From: Perkinsela sp. CCAP 1560/9
Lineage: Eukaryota > Protista > Euglenozoa: Kinetoplastea
DNA length: 64,000 bases
Direction of reading: 5' to 3'
Assembly: GCA_965644495.1 (NCBI GenBank)
Contig: CBFFSA010000001.1
Coordinates: 1,860,001 to 1,924,000 of the forward strand
Each line of letters begins with the position of its first letter. The stretch's first letter is position 1. Positions 1 to 12,210 of this stretch are shown here, in pieces. Made by a program: the position numbers and the translations under genes. The notes beneath the pieces are model-generated. The model was not told the origin of the DNA, did no database searches, and saw only the letters and a program-made list of their open reading frames with translations.

Positions 1-550
1 TTCAATGTTCATTATTGCCGTTCCCGGACAGATTTTAGAAACCACCTCTGTAGAGTGCTCCAAATCTGGTCGCCCACTCAGGGCTTCACGTACTTCGCAG
101 TTTTACATGTTCAGTGGTTCAAGACTCGTACTGAACACGGGGGGTTTCAGACAAGCTTGTATAAGCTTACCACACCGTGGGTCATCACGTGTGCGTATTA
201 CGGACCGAAATGCTTCTCAAAATAAATCTCAAAGAACTTTTGCGCTTTCTGTCGATTCGTGGTCCTTCAAGTTCGAAGGCTGATTGTGTACCGCGTTACT
301 GAATTTTTGCACAGCAAGTTCGTCCCGTAGAGGAACAAGGACAGTGAGGAGGGACTTGCTCGATATCACAACGTTCAACAGCAGCGAGGAGACGACGAAT
401 GACTTGTACCTCGCGGGGGTGAAGTCGTTAACGGGGTCAGATTGAACGAAGATGATGAAGATTGAACGATAATGCTAGAAAGGACATTTTTCTAAGTCGC
501 ACAAGGGACATCCATAAGATCTCGACGGAAAGGTCTTGTATTTGGAAATA

Positions 551-1424
551 CAGGGGGGTGCACGAAATATGGGGGGGGGGGGGTCAAAATTCTTATAACT
601 CGGCCAATTTTGGAAAATAATAGCGCATTCGAGAGCTCTCGCAGAGTTACATGTCATGTGATAATGCGTTTCCCGCATTTTTTAATTTTTTTAAAAAATT
701 AAAAAAATCATGATTTTTCAAAGTGCAGAATTCTGCAGTTTTTTGAATTAAATACTTTTTTTTGTGAATTTATAGACTTTTTTGATCCTAATACACTACC
801 ATGCCCAAGAAAAGGTCATATTCGAATAATAAAAAGGTGCAGAAACGGAGTAGATTTTGTTATTCGCCTCGTGGGCAACTTAAAGCATCTCATAGGATAC
901 TTTTGGTTAAAAAATTTGAGGAAACTAATTCTTTTTCAGCTGTCGCCAAGACGTTTAGGTGTCACGAGGACACTCAAGCGTTGGGTGCAGCGTTAAGAAG
1001 AGACTGGTGAGGTCGATAGGTCTCCCTATAAAACTCGCCAATCTCCTGTAATACCGTTACCCCCCCTTACTTATCCAGGTACGCTACTTTACCCTATAAA
1101 ACTCGCCAATCTCCTGTAATATCTGACCCTCTGTTGAAGCGAGCACTCAATCTTATTGATCAAGCAACAAGGAATGAAACCTATGGTATCGCTTCTTGGG
1201 GTCACCTTCTGAACCTACTTGTAGGAGAGGGTTTCAGGTGCTCCCGTCGCGCTCTGATACGTTCCCTCAAGAAGGAGGGTATCATATCACGCACAGTCCC
1301 CCGAAACCCTGCACTCACAAAGGAGCACAAAAGGAATCGAGTAGAGCTATGCCAGGAGTTGGCAACATGGACCCCTGCTCAGTTTGAGGCTATCGTCTCA
1401 AGTTTGAGACGATTTCTTACGTAG
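551..1424 (+). mobile_element. Tc1/mariner-like element (family A): left end plus decayed 5' part of the transposase
   Basis: TA|CAGGGGGGTGCACGAAA end at ~551. Broken ORFs 801-1010 and 1134-1424 read MPKKRSY...HRILLVKKF and LTKEHKRNRVELC (Tc1 HTH region). Homologous to the minus-strand copy at 52.3-53.3 kb. Confidence 0.75.
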
Positions 1425-1975
1425 TCTCCTTCCCTTTTGCGATCGCAATGGAAAATTTGGTTGGACGAAGCATACCCTACAAGTTGAATTAATCCGAGCT
1501 GGTATAGAGGAAAACCCAGGCCCGAAGCGCCCACGCGGCCGGCCCAAGGGAAGCAAAACAAGAGTTAAGGGAGTGTTGAATCTGGAAGAAGTTCACCCTG
1601 GAAGCCCTTGTACATCTGGGGCCTCAGAAGCAGTCCCACGTGGGACCATACTGGAGAAGATGGCTGGAGGAATATTCGAATTGTTCAACCAAAGAGGTTC
1701 AATCGGAATCGCATATGACAGAAACTGTGTAATACGACAAATCTTCCGCCTCGTCAACTCCACGAAATACAAAGCCTGTGGGAAACATACATATCACTGA
1801 TTACACGACCTAGTCTGCGTAAATTGTATCACATGCAATTACCGTGTTGGAAGGAATTATGCGGTGGAATATGCAGAGACTTTGAAATACAACACACAGA
1901 CGCAAAAGCAAAGATGCTATTGTAACTTACAAGCCACTTACTCCAGGGTGTGTTCTTTGCGCCTTTAATATTTTA

Positions 1976-2070
1976 TGACCCGGTCGGTGCGGGTAACTGG
2001 GTCACAGACCCGGGTAATTTACCCGCACAGACCCGCTAATGGGTAATTACCCATCGACCCGGCAGGGGTA
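1976..2070. mobile_element. Probable hAT-like transposon end with ACCCG/CGGGT subterminal repeats
   Basis: Cluster of gacccg/cgggt motifs ending in GGCAGGGGTA, about 75 bp before the LRR start codon. Confidence 0.35.
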
Positions 2071-2144
2071 TGTCTATACGACCAGCATGTTATTTTCTGT
2101 AGTTTCTTATACTTTGTAGAAGCGTTGCTACACTTTCTATCGAA

Positions 2145-2816
2145 ATGCTACCATATTTGTTGTTGGAGGACGCGAACTACAGTATTCGAAAGCCAGCTAA
2201 AGTTTCTGGTGTGCCCTTACCTCCTCAATACGATTTGTTACGACTTTTGCAAGACGTCGAAAATCTGCATCCTTCATGGAACAGTATTACTCCGGCTTGT
2301 GAGTGGGAACAGGTGTTTTGTACGCCTCCAGATGAAATTGAAGACATTGCTGACCTTATTTGCCCGAAACCATCATCAAAACGATCAGGTGAAATTTCTC
2401 GGCTTTATTGGTGTAATAGAGGGCTCCGTGGAACTTTAAATTGGAATTACTTACCTGCGAAGCTAAAATGGTTGAACGTGGATAAAAACCAGCTTACGGG
2501 TGATGTTCCTTTTGATGTATTGCCCGCTACACTGAAGGTGATCCACTTGTCGAACAACCGTTTTAGTGGAACGCCTTCCTTTCGCCACTTACCCGCACTT
2601 GAGGAGGTTTACTTGAACGAAAATAATTTTGTAGGATGGGTGAAATTTGAATTTCTTGCTCTTTCGGTTAGAAATTTATTTGTAGGTAACAATCCGTTGC
2701 TACAAGGGTCGCTGGATGTTGCTGAGCGCGCAGACATGTGTTATAGCGTTATTAATACTAAGATTTCGCCTAGCAACGGTCAATTGAGTGCATTTCCCAA
2801 CTTCCAGGTGGACTAG
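2145..2816 (+). CDS. LRR family protein (paralogue 1, ~4 repeats)
   Basis: 223-aa ORF with the cap KVSGVPLPPQY...HPSWNSITPACEWEQVFC, followed by LPxxLxxLxLxxNxFxG repeats. Confidence 0.85.
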   Translation: MLPYLLLEDANYSIRKPAKVSGVPLPPQYDLLRLLQDVENLHPSWNSITPACEWEQVFCTPPDEIEDIADLICPKPSSKRSGEISRLYWCNRGLRGTLNWNYLPAKLKWLNVDKNQLTGDVPFDVLPATLKVIHLSNNRFSGTPSFRHLPALEEVYLNENNFVGWVKFEFLALSVRNLFVGNNPLLQGSLDVAERADMCYSVINTKISPSNGQLSAFPNFQVD

Positions 2817-3159
2817 GTCCATCTGTATCTTAGATGATAAAAATGAAATCGTACGCTACTATGTACCGCCCCCCGTTACCCATCATTGCTTTTCGGAAAA
2901 AGAGGACAGACAATTTCGGGGAGGAGGGGCTTGACAATTACTTGTGGGCTCAATATTAGGGGGATGAAAAGTACAGGGCAGCATTAAATTACGGTCACAT
3001 TTTATTACGGTTTTATTTTATTACGGGATTCTTTAATTAAGTTTTTTTGCCGGCAAAAACGGTAAGTATCTAACTCGCTTACTGTGGTAACTCGCTTAAC
3101 TAAACGTGCTTCAGTGGCCAGGGCTATAACGAATGAACGAAAAAAAAGTACGATATTTT

Positions 3160-3600
3160 ATGGACAGCTGGTCACCCCTCGAAAAAATGGCGAGCTGGCC
3201 ACTTTCTGAAAAAGTTGGCCAGCTGGCCGCCTGACGAAAGAGTGGTCAGCTGACCACCGAAAAGGCGTTCGCATTTCGTATGTGTAAGATAAATCTTCAA
3301 ATCCTAAAAACGTGGCCGGCTGACCACCCCCTAGAGGAGTGAGCATCTGGCCACTTTTTCAGGGGGTAGCCGGAACCACTTTGTGGCAGGGGGTGGTTAG
3401 CAGGCCACTTTTTCAGCGGGTGATCGCCTGACCACTTTTTCAGGGGGTGGTCAGTTGGTCACTTTTTCAGCAGGTGGTCAGCAGGCCACCTTTCCAGGGA
3501 GCGGCAGGCTGGCTTTTTCTTGGTGGGCGGTATGCTGGCCATTTTATGAGTGGGCGGTTAGCTGGCCACTTTTTCAGGGGGTGGCCAGCTGAAGGCCTTG
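3160..3600. repeat. Degenerate tandem array of ~30-bp GC-rich units (gctggccactttttcaggggg-type)
   Basis: Motif (c/t)ggccacttttt.caggggg recurs about ten times between ~3190 and ~3590. Confidence 0.6.
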
Positions 3601-3635
3601 AAGGCCTTCTCTGACTCTCTCGCGGGTTTATGGAA

Positions 3636-3838
3636 TCGAGGCAGAAAGGAGCGAGGGAGATACGAAGCAACAGGTCTAGCCGATTCCTACTGAAAAAAAT
3701 TCGTATCTCTCTGCACGCAGTTGACTCCAAGCAAGCGAGCGCATAGTTAAGTATTTCTTGTGCAGAGAGATACGATTTCTTTTCAGTAGGAATCTGCTAC
3801 ACCTGTTGCTTCGTATCTCCCTTGCCCCTTTATGCCTG
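3636..3838. mobile_element. ~200-bp foldback (palindromic) MITE
   Basis: Arms gagggagatacgaagcaacagg...tctctgcac and gtgcagagagatacg...cctgttgcttcgtatctccc are inverted complements. A second copy lies at ~55955-56162. Confidence 0.75.
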
Positions 3839-4444
3839 GTTTTTTTTTTTGAGTCGCTTTTTAACTTGGATCAAAATGTCTCTCCCGATAGATGTCACGC
3901 TAGCCGTGGAAGTATGCGATAAAGACGAGAATCGTGAGGTCTGGATCAGGGAGCTATTCAACGTGTAACTGATTTCGCTCATATGACACGCACAACAAAA
4001 GAAAGGTTTCGTACTCACCTGTTTGTAGTTGGTTAGGCATTGGGCTGATATTGATTGATATAGGTATTTGAAAAATTTAATGTTTCCGCCTTCTTCTAAT
4101 TGTCTTGCAATACTTAGGAATTTTACTTAATTACGGTATTAGTATAACAGTTATTATTGTATAATAGTTATTAACTAATTATGTGTATTTCTATTACGAA
4201 CTATGTTTATTTCGTATAATTGTATTTTGTATAGTTGTATAAACTATGTTTATTTTTGTATGAAAATCTAAGTATGTGTTTTTCCTGAATAGAAAAAAAC
4301 GGATTACCGTACACCGTATTATATTATTAATAAGTGTGCGAGGGATTTAATAAAAACAGGAGAAAGAGAAAGATTTTTACGCAAAAGAACCCTTAAGGAA
4401 CAATTACTAATCTTGAACCCGTAAGGAACAATTACACGTCTCAG

Positions 4445-5468
4445 TTATGGCTCGGAGTCGTGCCTTTCTTGAAGACTTGACCTACCCAAACTACCCCACT
4501 CACACATTAACCTTTTCTTTAGCATCGAATTCGCCCCCTCAACAATATTAGTATGCACCCCTTCAATTATCCATTCATTTCGGTGAATAACTTCACTCCA
4601 AAGGTACTTCCCGTCGAATCCAGGAGCGTTGTGCGTCGCCCCGTCTGTCCATATCCTCGTACGGGGCTCGCGAGCCAGTTCCTCAACGAGGGGTACCAGA
4701 GTTGAGCCTTTTTTGTCTGGCACTGGAGTCACATAGATTTCACGAAGTTTTCCACCCCTTGTTGTGTCACACAAGGTTTGAGCAACCTCGCTATCGGCCT
4801 GACGCACTCTTCGGTTTCGATTCGGGCCTCCGACTTTAATCTTGGAGAAAAAAGTCTCATCAACCTGCATATAGTCACCATTTACCTCCAGGCGTCGATA
4901 TTGATGGGCCCATGATGCGGTCCATACTCTGTCGGAATTTGCACGCTGTCCTCTCAGAAAACAAACATTCTTCGGACATGTTCTTCCCCTACATTGAACG
5001 CGAGTAGCAGATCAATGTGATGACTAGTTGCTTTGGTGTGATCTTAGACCTGGAAGGAAGAAGGGGGGATTCCAAGGAATAACGGGCCCGACAAGTTCGT
5101 ACGGGGCACTGCCACTGACCATTCTGAACAACACATGTCGTTAATGAGTGGCCCCGCTCACACTTCACAAGTTGGGATACAAGATGGTGCCCTTTAAGCC
5201 AGTGAAGGCAATTCAGAGCGAAGTCATCCCATTGCCCCACCTCACTTAATGGAAGACGTGCGGAACATTTCATCTTATGGCATCCGCAGCAAAACCCACC
5301 ATCAAAGTCATTCATCATGATTGCACCAGTAGCTGAGAGCGTAAAAAAGTCAAAAATACTAGCAAAGACTCTAAGCTATGTATTTAGCAAGAAACAGAAA
5401 CGAAAACAAAATACAAAAAGCGCATTTTATATTTTCGAAAAAGTATGACATCTTCGTTCAATTCCACC
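4445..5468 (-). mobile_element. Merlin (IS1595-like) transposon, frameshifted/truncated transposase plus one TIR
   Basis: ORF 4989-5318 has Cys/His zinc-ribbon motifs (CERGH, CPVRTC). ORF 4445-4870 has QVDETFF, WTDGA and VHTNIVEG, typical of DDE_Tnp_IS1595. End CTTCGTTCAATTCCACC at ~5452-5468 is identical to the end of the MITE at 24142-24542. Confidence 0.85.
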
Positions 5469-5707
5469 CGTACTATATCCCCCTATCGTAGCGTTGCCCC
5501 GGTACCCCACCTTATTAGCGTTGCTTTTGAACAGTCCGTCCTTGGAGTTCCGAAATTTCCAACACCGTGAATATCCAGGAGCTCTTTAGTTCCAGTCGTT
5601 GTATAGTATTCTTCGCGCTTCTTGACCGTTTCTCTTGTTAGTGCTTGTGCGAGAAGAGTACGAGGGTTACAGGTGCGGTAGAACGTGAAGCCTTCTCGTA
5701 TAGCACG

Positions 5708-6028
5708 AGCTCGGTTGCGAAGCCCGCCTGGGCCTCTTGTCATACAGAATGCCTGTGTGATTTACTATATAACCCAGGCTAAAGTGGACGAGGGAGATAC
5801 CAAAGGCACCTTTGGAAAACCACCACGAAATCGGAACGGTATCACCCGTTAAAGATCCTTTTGTCACATCAGAATGCTCCACAAACTGAGAAATACCGTT
5901 CCAGTATTGAGGTGATTTTACAAAGATGCCTTTAGTATCTCCCTCGTCCACTTTAGCCTGGATTATATAGTAAATCACACAGGCATTCTGTATGACAAGA
6001 GGCCCAGGCGGGCTTCGCAACCGAGCTT
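5708..6028. repeat. ~320-bp foldback inverted repeat
   Basis: agctcggttgcgaagcccgcctgggcctcttgtcatacagaatgcctgtgtgatttactatataacccaggctaaagtggacgagggagata is mirrored almost perfectly at ~5915-6028. Confidence 0.85.
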
Positions 6029-9000
6029 TAGCCTGGGTTACATAGCCATCGGAACATGCTCCCTAGGACCCTTACAGCTTCCCACGCGAGGAAGTCGTCG
6101 TCGCCGCGGCAAAAGGCTCCGCCTTCTGCCTTTTTCCCTTGCGCCTCCTCCTTCCTCTACGGCCTTGCGTGTCACACACTTCTAGGTAAATTTTGGACTT
6201 TGTAGGTCTATTACCGGCAAAGGGTGAAGAAATATCGAATGAAACCAAAGCGTATACAGGTATATCAGGCCCCAAACTCTCAAAAAAAGGTCTAGGAGTT
6301 GATTTGGGAAAAATGTATTTATTGACATTCATTCATAAATTTTCAATTTTTTGTTTTTCGAAATTTCAGAAATTGCTATGATCACCCTGGTGGGGATGGG
6401 GGGCAGGTGGGACCCATCGGAATTGTTGAAAAACTAGTGGTCTTGTCACTCAATTCGATTCATACGTCTTTGTAATCATTTTTTTCGAAAACTCACCTGA
6501 AACGGTATTGGGCACGAAATCGGGCCAACAATCGGACACGAAATCGGGCACGACGAATTAACCTACGGTAGCGAGGGAGTAGTATCTTCCTATTTAATAT
6601 TGTAATCTATATTTAATATGGGTTATACTTTATAACTTATCTGACCAATGAATAGTTAAGAAATTGTATAATATTATTATAACAATTTCTGGTCGCATTT
6701 GGTAGCGGGAAGTAGTGAAAGACTGGCGAGTTCGTCCCGCAGCGTGACAATTGCTCCATCTGGAATGCTAGGGGATTCGAAAATCATGAAATCATGGGGC
6801 GCAGTGTAACATTCATGTTTTTCAGAGCGCCAATCTCCTGCAATGGCTTTTTACTTTGATCCGAGGGGGTTGCAGGAGCGCTTCCATGTTCAATTAGGCT
6901 GAGTGCGTTCAACACAGAGTCGTTCGACATGTGAAGGAGATTGAGATAAAAATGGCGTGAATTCGTCTTTTTATACGTGCATACTGCACGTAGGTGATGA
7001 CGATACATGCATCGCCAAATAACTACTGTACCCCCCCAGTTATCTCTCCCCCCCCACCCCCACCCCTAGTTATCTGTCGCTTTTCGGTCCTTCGAAGATT
7101 TTTTTTCGTCGACCACCCCCCCTAGGTATCTGTCGCCTTTCTAAACAAAGTGAAAAATGGATGAAATTAGAAGCGCAACTTCAATCGTTTTTCTGTTCTG
7201 CTTTGAGGCTAATGGTTTTGCGTGAAGTTCTACGGTCAAAATTGAGAAGCACGAGTCGGAGCTCGTTATCCCCTCCATCATCCCCTTCATCGTTCCCTTC
7301 ATTCAATTTAAAGATCGTCTACCGTCACCCCCCTCACTAGGGGGGGATATCTTTTCTTTGCAGGATCGTAATCCCCAACCTTCATTTTAGAAGCGATGGA
7401 CGACCACCTTGCGCCATCATACAAGCATGAAAAAGCGGCGATGACTGAATCGCGATCGAAGCCCATGTTGTGGACAAGGAAATGTAATGTAACCAATGAC
7501 AGGCCGCAATCCATAAGCTCGCTTTCCATATAAACTATAGTGGAATATTAAAAAATCTCTTTAAATACGGTATTATTCATAATATAAATTTAATGTTTTT
7601 TTAATTAGTGTTGGACCCATGCAAATATTAATTTAAAAAAAACGGAATAATAAGTGTGCGGGGGGTTTACTCTGTTCGGCGTTTCTTTATGAGTTTGTCT
7701 GATTCTGCGGAGCGCCGAATGTTGAGCACATGTTTTTCCGGGACCGTAGCTACATGTAGATCCATAAGAACATCAAAAACTTCTTGCGAACTTAAGGTTT
7801 CTACATCTACATCGTTTGCCTTATGAATGCATGAAGTTTTGATTTTTACATTTGTTTCAATGCCTTTGATCTTTTCTAGGAGTTCGTCGGCGCGTTCCTT
7901 GCGCTCGTTGCGTCGAACAGATGATACTTCCGAGGCATAAGAAGTCCACAATGTTCCGAAAAATTTTAGACAACGGATGCAGCTCATCTGAGCGGATGGA
8001 TCGCTTAAAATAGTTGGAGCCCAGAAGACGAGCAATACGAAGATATACCCCATCGTCTCCAAGTTGAGGAGAATCGGACGTTTCATTGGGAACAGTCGGA
8101 GACGATGAATTGCGCAAGGGCAAGGCAACCTCTTTAAGGCGAGGAACTGGCGCAAAGAATTTTACCCACCTAGTGAGCGATTCCGCTCACTAGAGCAGGT
8201 TGACATAGAGTAGTTTATAAATTTATGAAAATTCGTTTAAGTGAAGTGCCAAAAAAATCGCTTCGTGAAAAGTGGGTACCAAACCATTCACTTAGAAAAA
8301 GGAACTCATAAGTACCAGAATGGGGGGAACTCATAAAGAGTCATGGTAGCAAAATTAATAATAATTTGTACCTCTAATAATAAAATATCATTAATTATTA
8401 TTTATTTTATTATTATTTATTTTATTGTTCTTGAGAATTATTATAGACTTATTTTCGCTACTTTCGGACAGCGATATTCTTATGGAATGGTGGTTAGTCA
8501 GAAATCCTGAAGACGCAACGTACTGGCTTTGTCAAAAAAAGGAGCCATCTTTCTGAGATAAAGATACCGTTCCTGCAAAACGCGCTTCACTGAAGCCTGG
8601 TACACTCAATGTGGGGAAGTAAGGTGGGGAGCTCCTCGCGGTCTTCCCTGACACTGCCATCTTTCAGATAGATAGTGGATAGGCTCTTAACATGAATATA
8701 CAACTGAAATATTGAGAAATAATACCCAAGTCAAAAGTAAATCGGGCATTTATAATTTTTGTCACTTTTTCTTAAAGGTCGTTCCTTTTAGGGTGTGCGG
8801 CTTGCAGCAGGGCAGAAACGGATTGGGTGTTTCTCTTTTTTTTTGCTGTGCTGGCTAAAGCTCGAGTATGACCCGCCAAAAATGGGACGCAGCCCAAGGC
8901 TTTGCGTAGTACACCGAGTCTGGGAGGGTACCGACGGCATTTCGTACATATTGCTTCCCGCCTCTAAACCCAGTTTGGGTCAGGCACTGGTGCAGTAATT

Positions 9001-9110
9001 CAGAGCACCGCGGCGCTTCGGGTATTCTGATGACGGAGCGAAATATTTTTTGGATATCTTTCGACATGCGCTGCTTAGCATGGTGCTCGGCGGATCAGAA
9101 GCTTGCTCCG

Positions 9111-9494
9111 TGAGGGTGGCCACGAGCGCGCACAATGTCCGGCGTGCACTGGACAGTGATTTATTTCCAGATAGACTTTTTGCCCTAACCACCAGGTGCA
9201 CATGGTTTTTTTGTTCAGAATTTTTTTAACTTATACAACTTTCTGCTTCGAACTTTCCCTACTTTCCTCGCCATGGCGTGCGTAATGGCGGATACGAATC
9301 TTCAGCGGGCAAGCGATTGACCAGCATGCGCGCCTGGGCCCTCATCAAAGTGACATTCATTTCGATCAGAAGCCGAAGGGAAGCTTCGGAGCGAGAGAAG
9401 GTTCCCTGGGGTGCTGCTGAGCGACGTTTGGCCACCTGGCGCAAGATCCCAATGGCACTGTCGGACCAGGATTCGGAGGACTACACCGCCATTG
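9111..9494 (-). mobile_element. 3' fragment of an RLE-type (CRE/SLACS-like) non-LTR retrotransposon; direct repeat of 13937-14320
   Basis: Near-identical to 13937-14320. Encodes the C-terminal helix ...LRQVAKRR...LLIEMNVTLMRAQARML. Confidence 0.7.
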
Positions 9495-9629
9495 GACCTT
9501 CTGCAAGTCCACCTTTTTAGAAGATTCTATGGGTAGCACAGATTGCACTGGGTAAATTATTTTCAAAAAAAATCTTCCTTTAATCTATATTTTTGAAATT
9601 AGTGCTCTTTGAGATTACGATTCAGAATA

Positions 9630-9793
9630 CCGGTCTAAACTTAATTACGCCCAAACTTAATTAGGCCCAAAGACAGATTTGGGGCTATAATTAATTTCTA
9701 AATCCGTTCTGCCTTAATTACTTTTATCCTTAATAGCCGTTTCACCGGTAAGTTGGGCGTAATTATGTACGGGCGTAATTATGTTCGGCACGG
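9630..9793. mobile_element. Short MITE with TA flanks and taattacgccc subterminal repeats
   Basis: TA|CCGG...aattacgcccaaac at the left end; gttgggcgtaatt...cacgg|TA at the right end. Confidence 0.55.
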
Positions 9794-10324
9794 TACAATA
9801 GAAGAGAAAATAATTTACCACGTTAACCTCATTCCCTTGCAGGAGAATTAAGTGTATCTGTATTTTTTATTTGTTTGTTTGTTTGTTTGGTACAGGAGCG
9901 CCTGCAATCCCCACGTGCAGACGCCACAAGTACCACTCCTGCTCCCGACTGATTCCGGGTACGGGGACGCAAGGCTCTCCTAGGGCGCTTCACCAGTGAC
10001 ACTGTACACTATATAGTGAGCCTACTATGTGCCAATCCCACTGGGAGGGTTCCTGATCAAGCACGAACGCCGCTTTTTCATGAATTTATAAATAATGCTG
10101 TAAAAAGAAAGTAAAGTTGAAGTGAAAAATGGAAAGAAAAAAAGAAAGATATTCAAGGTGACATGCTAGTAGAAAACCATTTCACCTTGACGCATGACCT
10201 TTTTACGAAAGGTGGAGTGACATACCAGAACAAAAGTTAGTGTATAATAGTACATGTAGTGTGTACATGCAACGTAGTCTGCGTCGCTGACGTAATTTTC
10301 CTTTCTACTAGATATCTAATGTAT

Positions 10325-11828
10325 CTAAGGCAAAATTCTGCTTACAAAAGTCGCTCCTTGCTGCTCGTACACGTGTAAAGCATTGATCAATCGCTCCCAG
10401 GATTTTGCGCACCTAAAACAGTACTCCTCGTCTGTGTACTTTTTGTTTGGACGAGTTCCAACATCGGCTAAATTTTCTTCACTTGGAATGTCGCACATGA
10501 TTATTCTTCCATGAAAGTCCTTGTACACTTTGACTATTTTATCCAGAGATTCTACCTGAGAAAAACCTTTTGAAAAGGAGCGAGCGGCTGCCGTGTTGTC
10601 GCTACCTATAATAATGTTGGAAAAATTTTATCGCCATTCGGATAGCTTCTGATATAGCAGTTGCCTCGGCCAGAACTACATCGCTTTGAAAAAGCAGTTC
10701 GCTTTGATACTTGGTGAGCCTACCCAATTCGCGAGGAGGTATACCAAGAATGGCAGAAACGTGTCGCACGTACCCGCAGAACTGAAATAAAATACGCGGA
10801 GTTATTTCTACTAAGTTCTTCAAAGCGTTGGACCAGGTTTCAGCAACAGTCGGGTCAGCCATCCACGATATATGCCCCTCTTTTTGGATAATCCTTATAC
10901 CACAATAGGTGAACTGACACGTGTTCTTCTCCATGGTCATGTATTTTGCGACTACATTGAATTTACGAAAGTTGTATTTTAGATTGACGTGCCATCTTTT
11001 CAGTGTACTTTCTGTGCTGACGATCAAAAACGAATCGTACATAAGGGCAATGAAACCTCCTTCATGGAGCAGTACGATCCCTGGAGCTCTGGTATCGGTA
11101 AGCGCGCTTTCTAAACCATCAAGTTCTGTTGGATTATGATCACGATAGGTCAATATTCCCCACATGATGCTCTGAGCGATACCGCATGCGAGTTTATACC
11201 CCATAGGTAGCACCGTAGGTCGGAGATTTGAGGAGCCTTGCCTGATGCAACATGCGCTCCCAAGTTCAGGGGTAATAGGAATTTGGTAATACCAATTTTT
11301 GATGTCCCCATGAAGAAAGCGGAAACGCTTTTTCGTGCAATCCCCCAAATCCACTAATGCTTGTATAAGTTCCGCAGTGCTCGGAATTTTAAATGAAATT
11401 TCTGTAAGAATAGTGCGTTCGTTAGTCCATCTCAAATCGAAAATTGCACGGGCGAACTTTTCGTCCTTCAAAACTGCCATATACTTGCCGACTCCTGTGA
11501 CATTTTGTGGTGTCGTAGGCACTAACACTCTGCTATCACATCAAGTGTCCAAATGGTGCCTATAGGATTGTGAATTCGGTGTATCGGACATACACTCTTT
11601 CTGAATGTCTGGAGGGAGAGGTGAGGTGCCAAGTAACTTCAGTGCCTGGTATGCAAAGGGAATACGAGCGAAGTCGGAACTCATTATTTTTATTCCCCCG
11701 ACGTTTTGAAGGGGACAAAGAGGAGCCCGATCATTAGCAAATGAACCTCGACCACGCCAAGCCGTGATTTCTTCATCGTGATAAACACCCCCGCTTAAAT
11801 CAGTGTCGATGAAGGAGTGCGCAATCAT
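10325..11828 (-). pseudogene. Reverse transcriptase-RNase H of a YR (DIRS/VIPER/TATE-type) retrotransposon, disrupted
   Basis: RT motifs ARAIFDLR, GDIKNWYYQI, LPMGY and MYDSF. RNase H motifs AEATAI, IIIGSDNTAA (alternative frame near 10610) and IPSEENLADVGTR. In-frame TGA at 11541-11543 and a frameshift near 10620. Confidence 0.85.
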
Positions 11829-12210
11829 TCCTTTATATAGATTTTGAAATATGAAATGTGTTCATACGTAAGGAAGATGTGGCACAATTCGTTGTAGGCG
11901 TTCGTAGAATGCTCCTCATCTTAAACTAATGGAGTAGTATGTACACGGTGTGTAGAACAGTGGAAATGTGCAGTAACTGCATCGAATAATTTAATTTTAT
12001 TCATTGTTTCATCAAGCAATGTCGTACAACATGATTATGTCATGCTCCACAGATCTCTTGGATTACAAAATAAAGCAATTAACAATCGGTTAGTGGTACG
12101 TGGTCGCATAGCCCATCGATCCGGTTACGTAGAAAATTTTCGTGTACATTGTAATACTAAAAGTAGCAAGGAACTTCTTGGAGTTTGCCGGTTTATCAAA
12201 AGCTTAAAAT

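Noticed and set aside
1715-1732. Third SL-like match (ACAGTTTCTGT on the minus strand)
   Set aside because: Only 11 nt with no downstream TTG, too short to separate from chance.
3160-3600. CRISPR array
   Set aside because: The units are degenerate and abut each other without unique spacers, there are no cas genes, and the context is eukaryotic.
7308-8155. Minus-strand ORFs as host genes
   Set aside because: They are on the opposite strand to all host genes, fragmented, and next to TIR-like repeats at 7025-7140. Probably TE debris, but no family could be assigned.
9020-9062. Hammerhead ribozyme (CTGATGA...GAAA)
   Set aside because: Stem II cannot close (C opposite C) and stem I has no complement.
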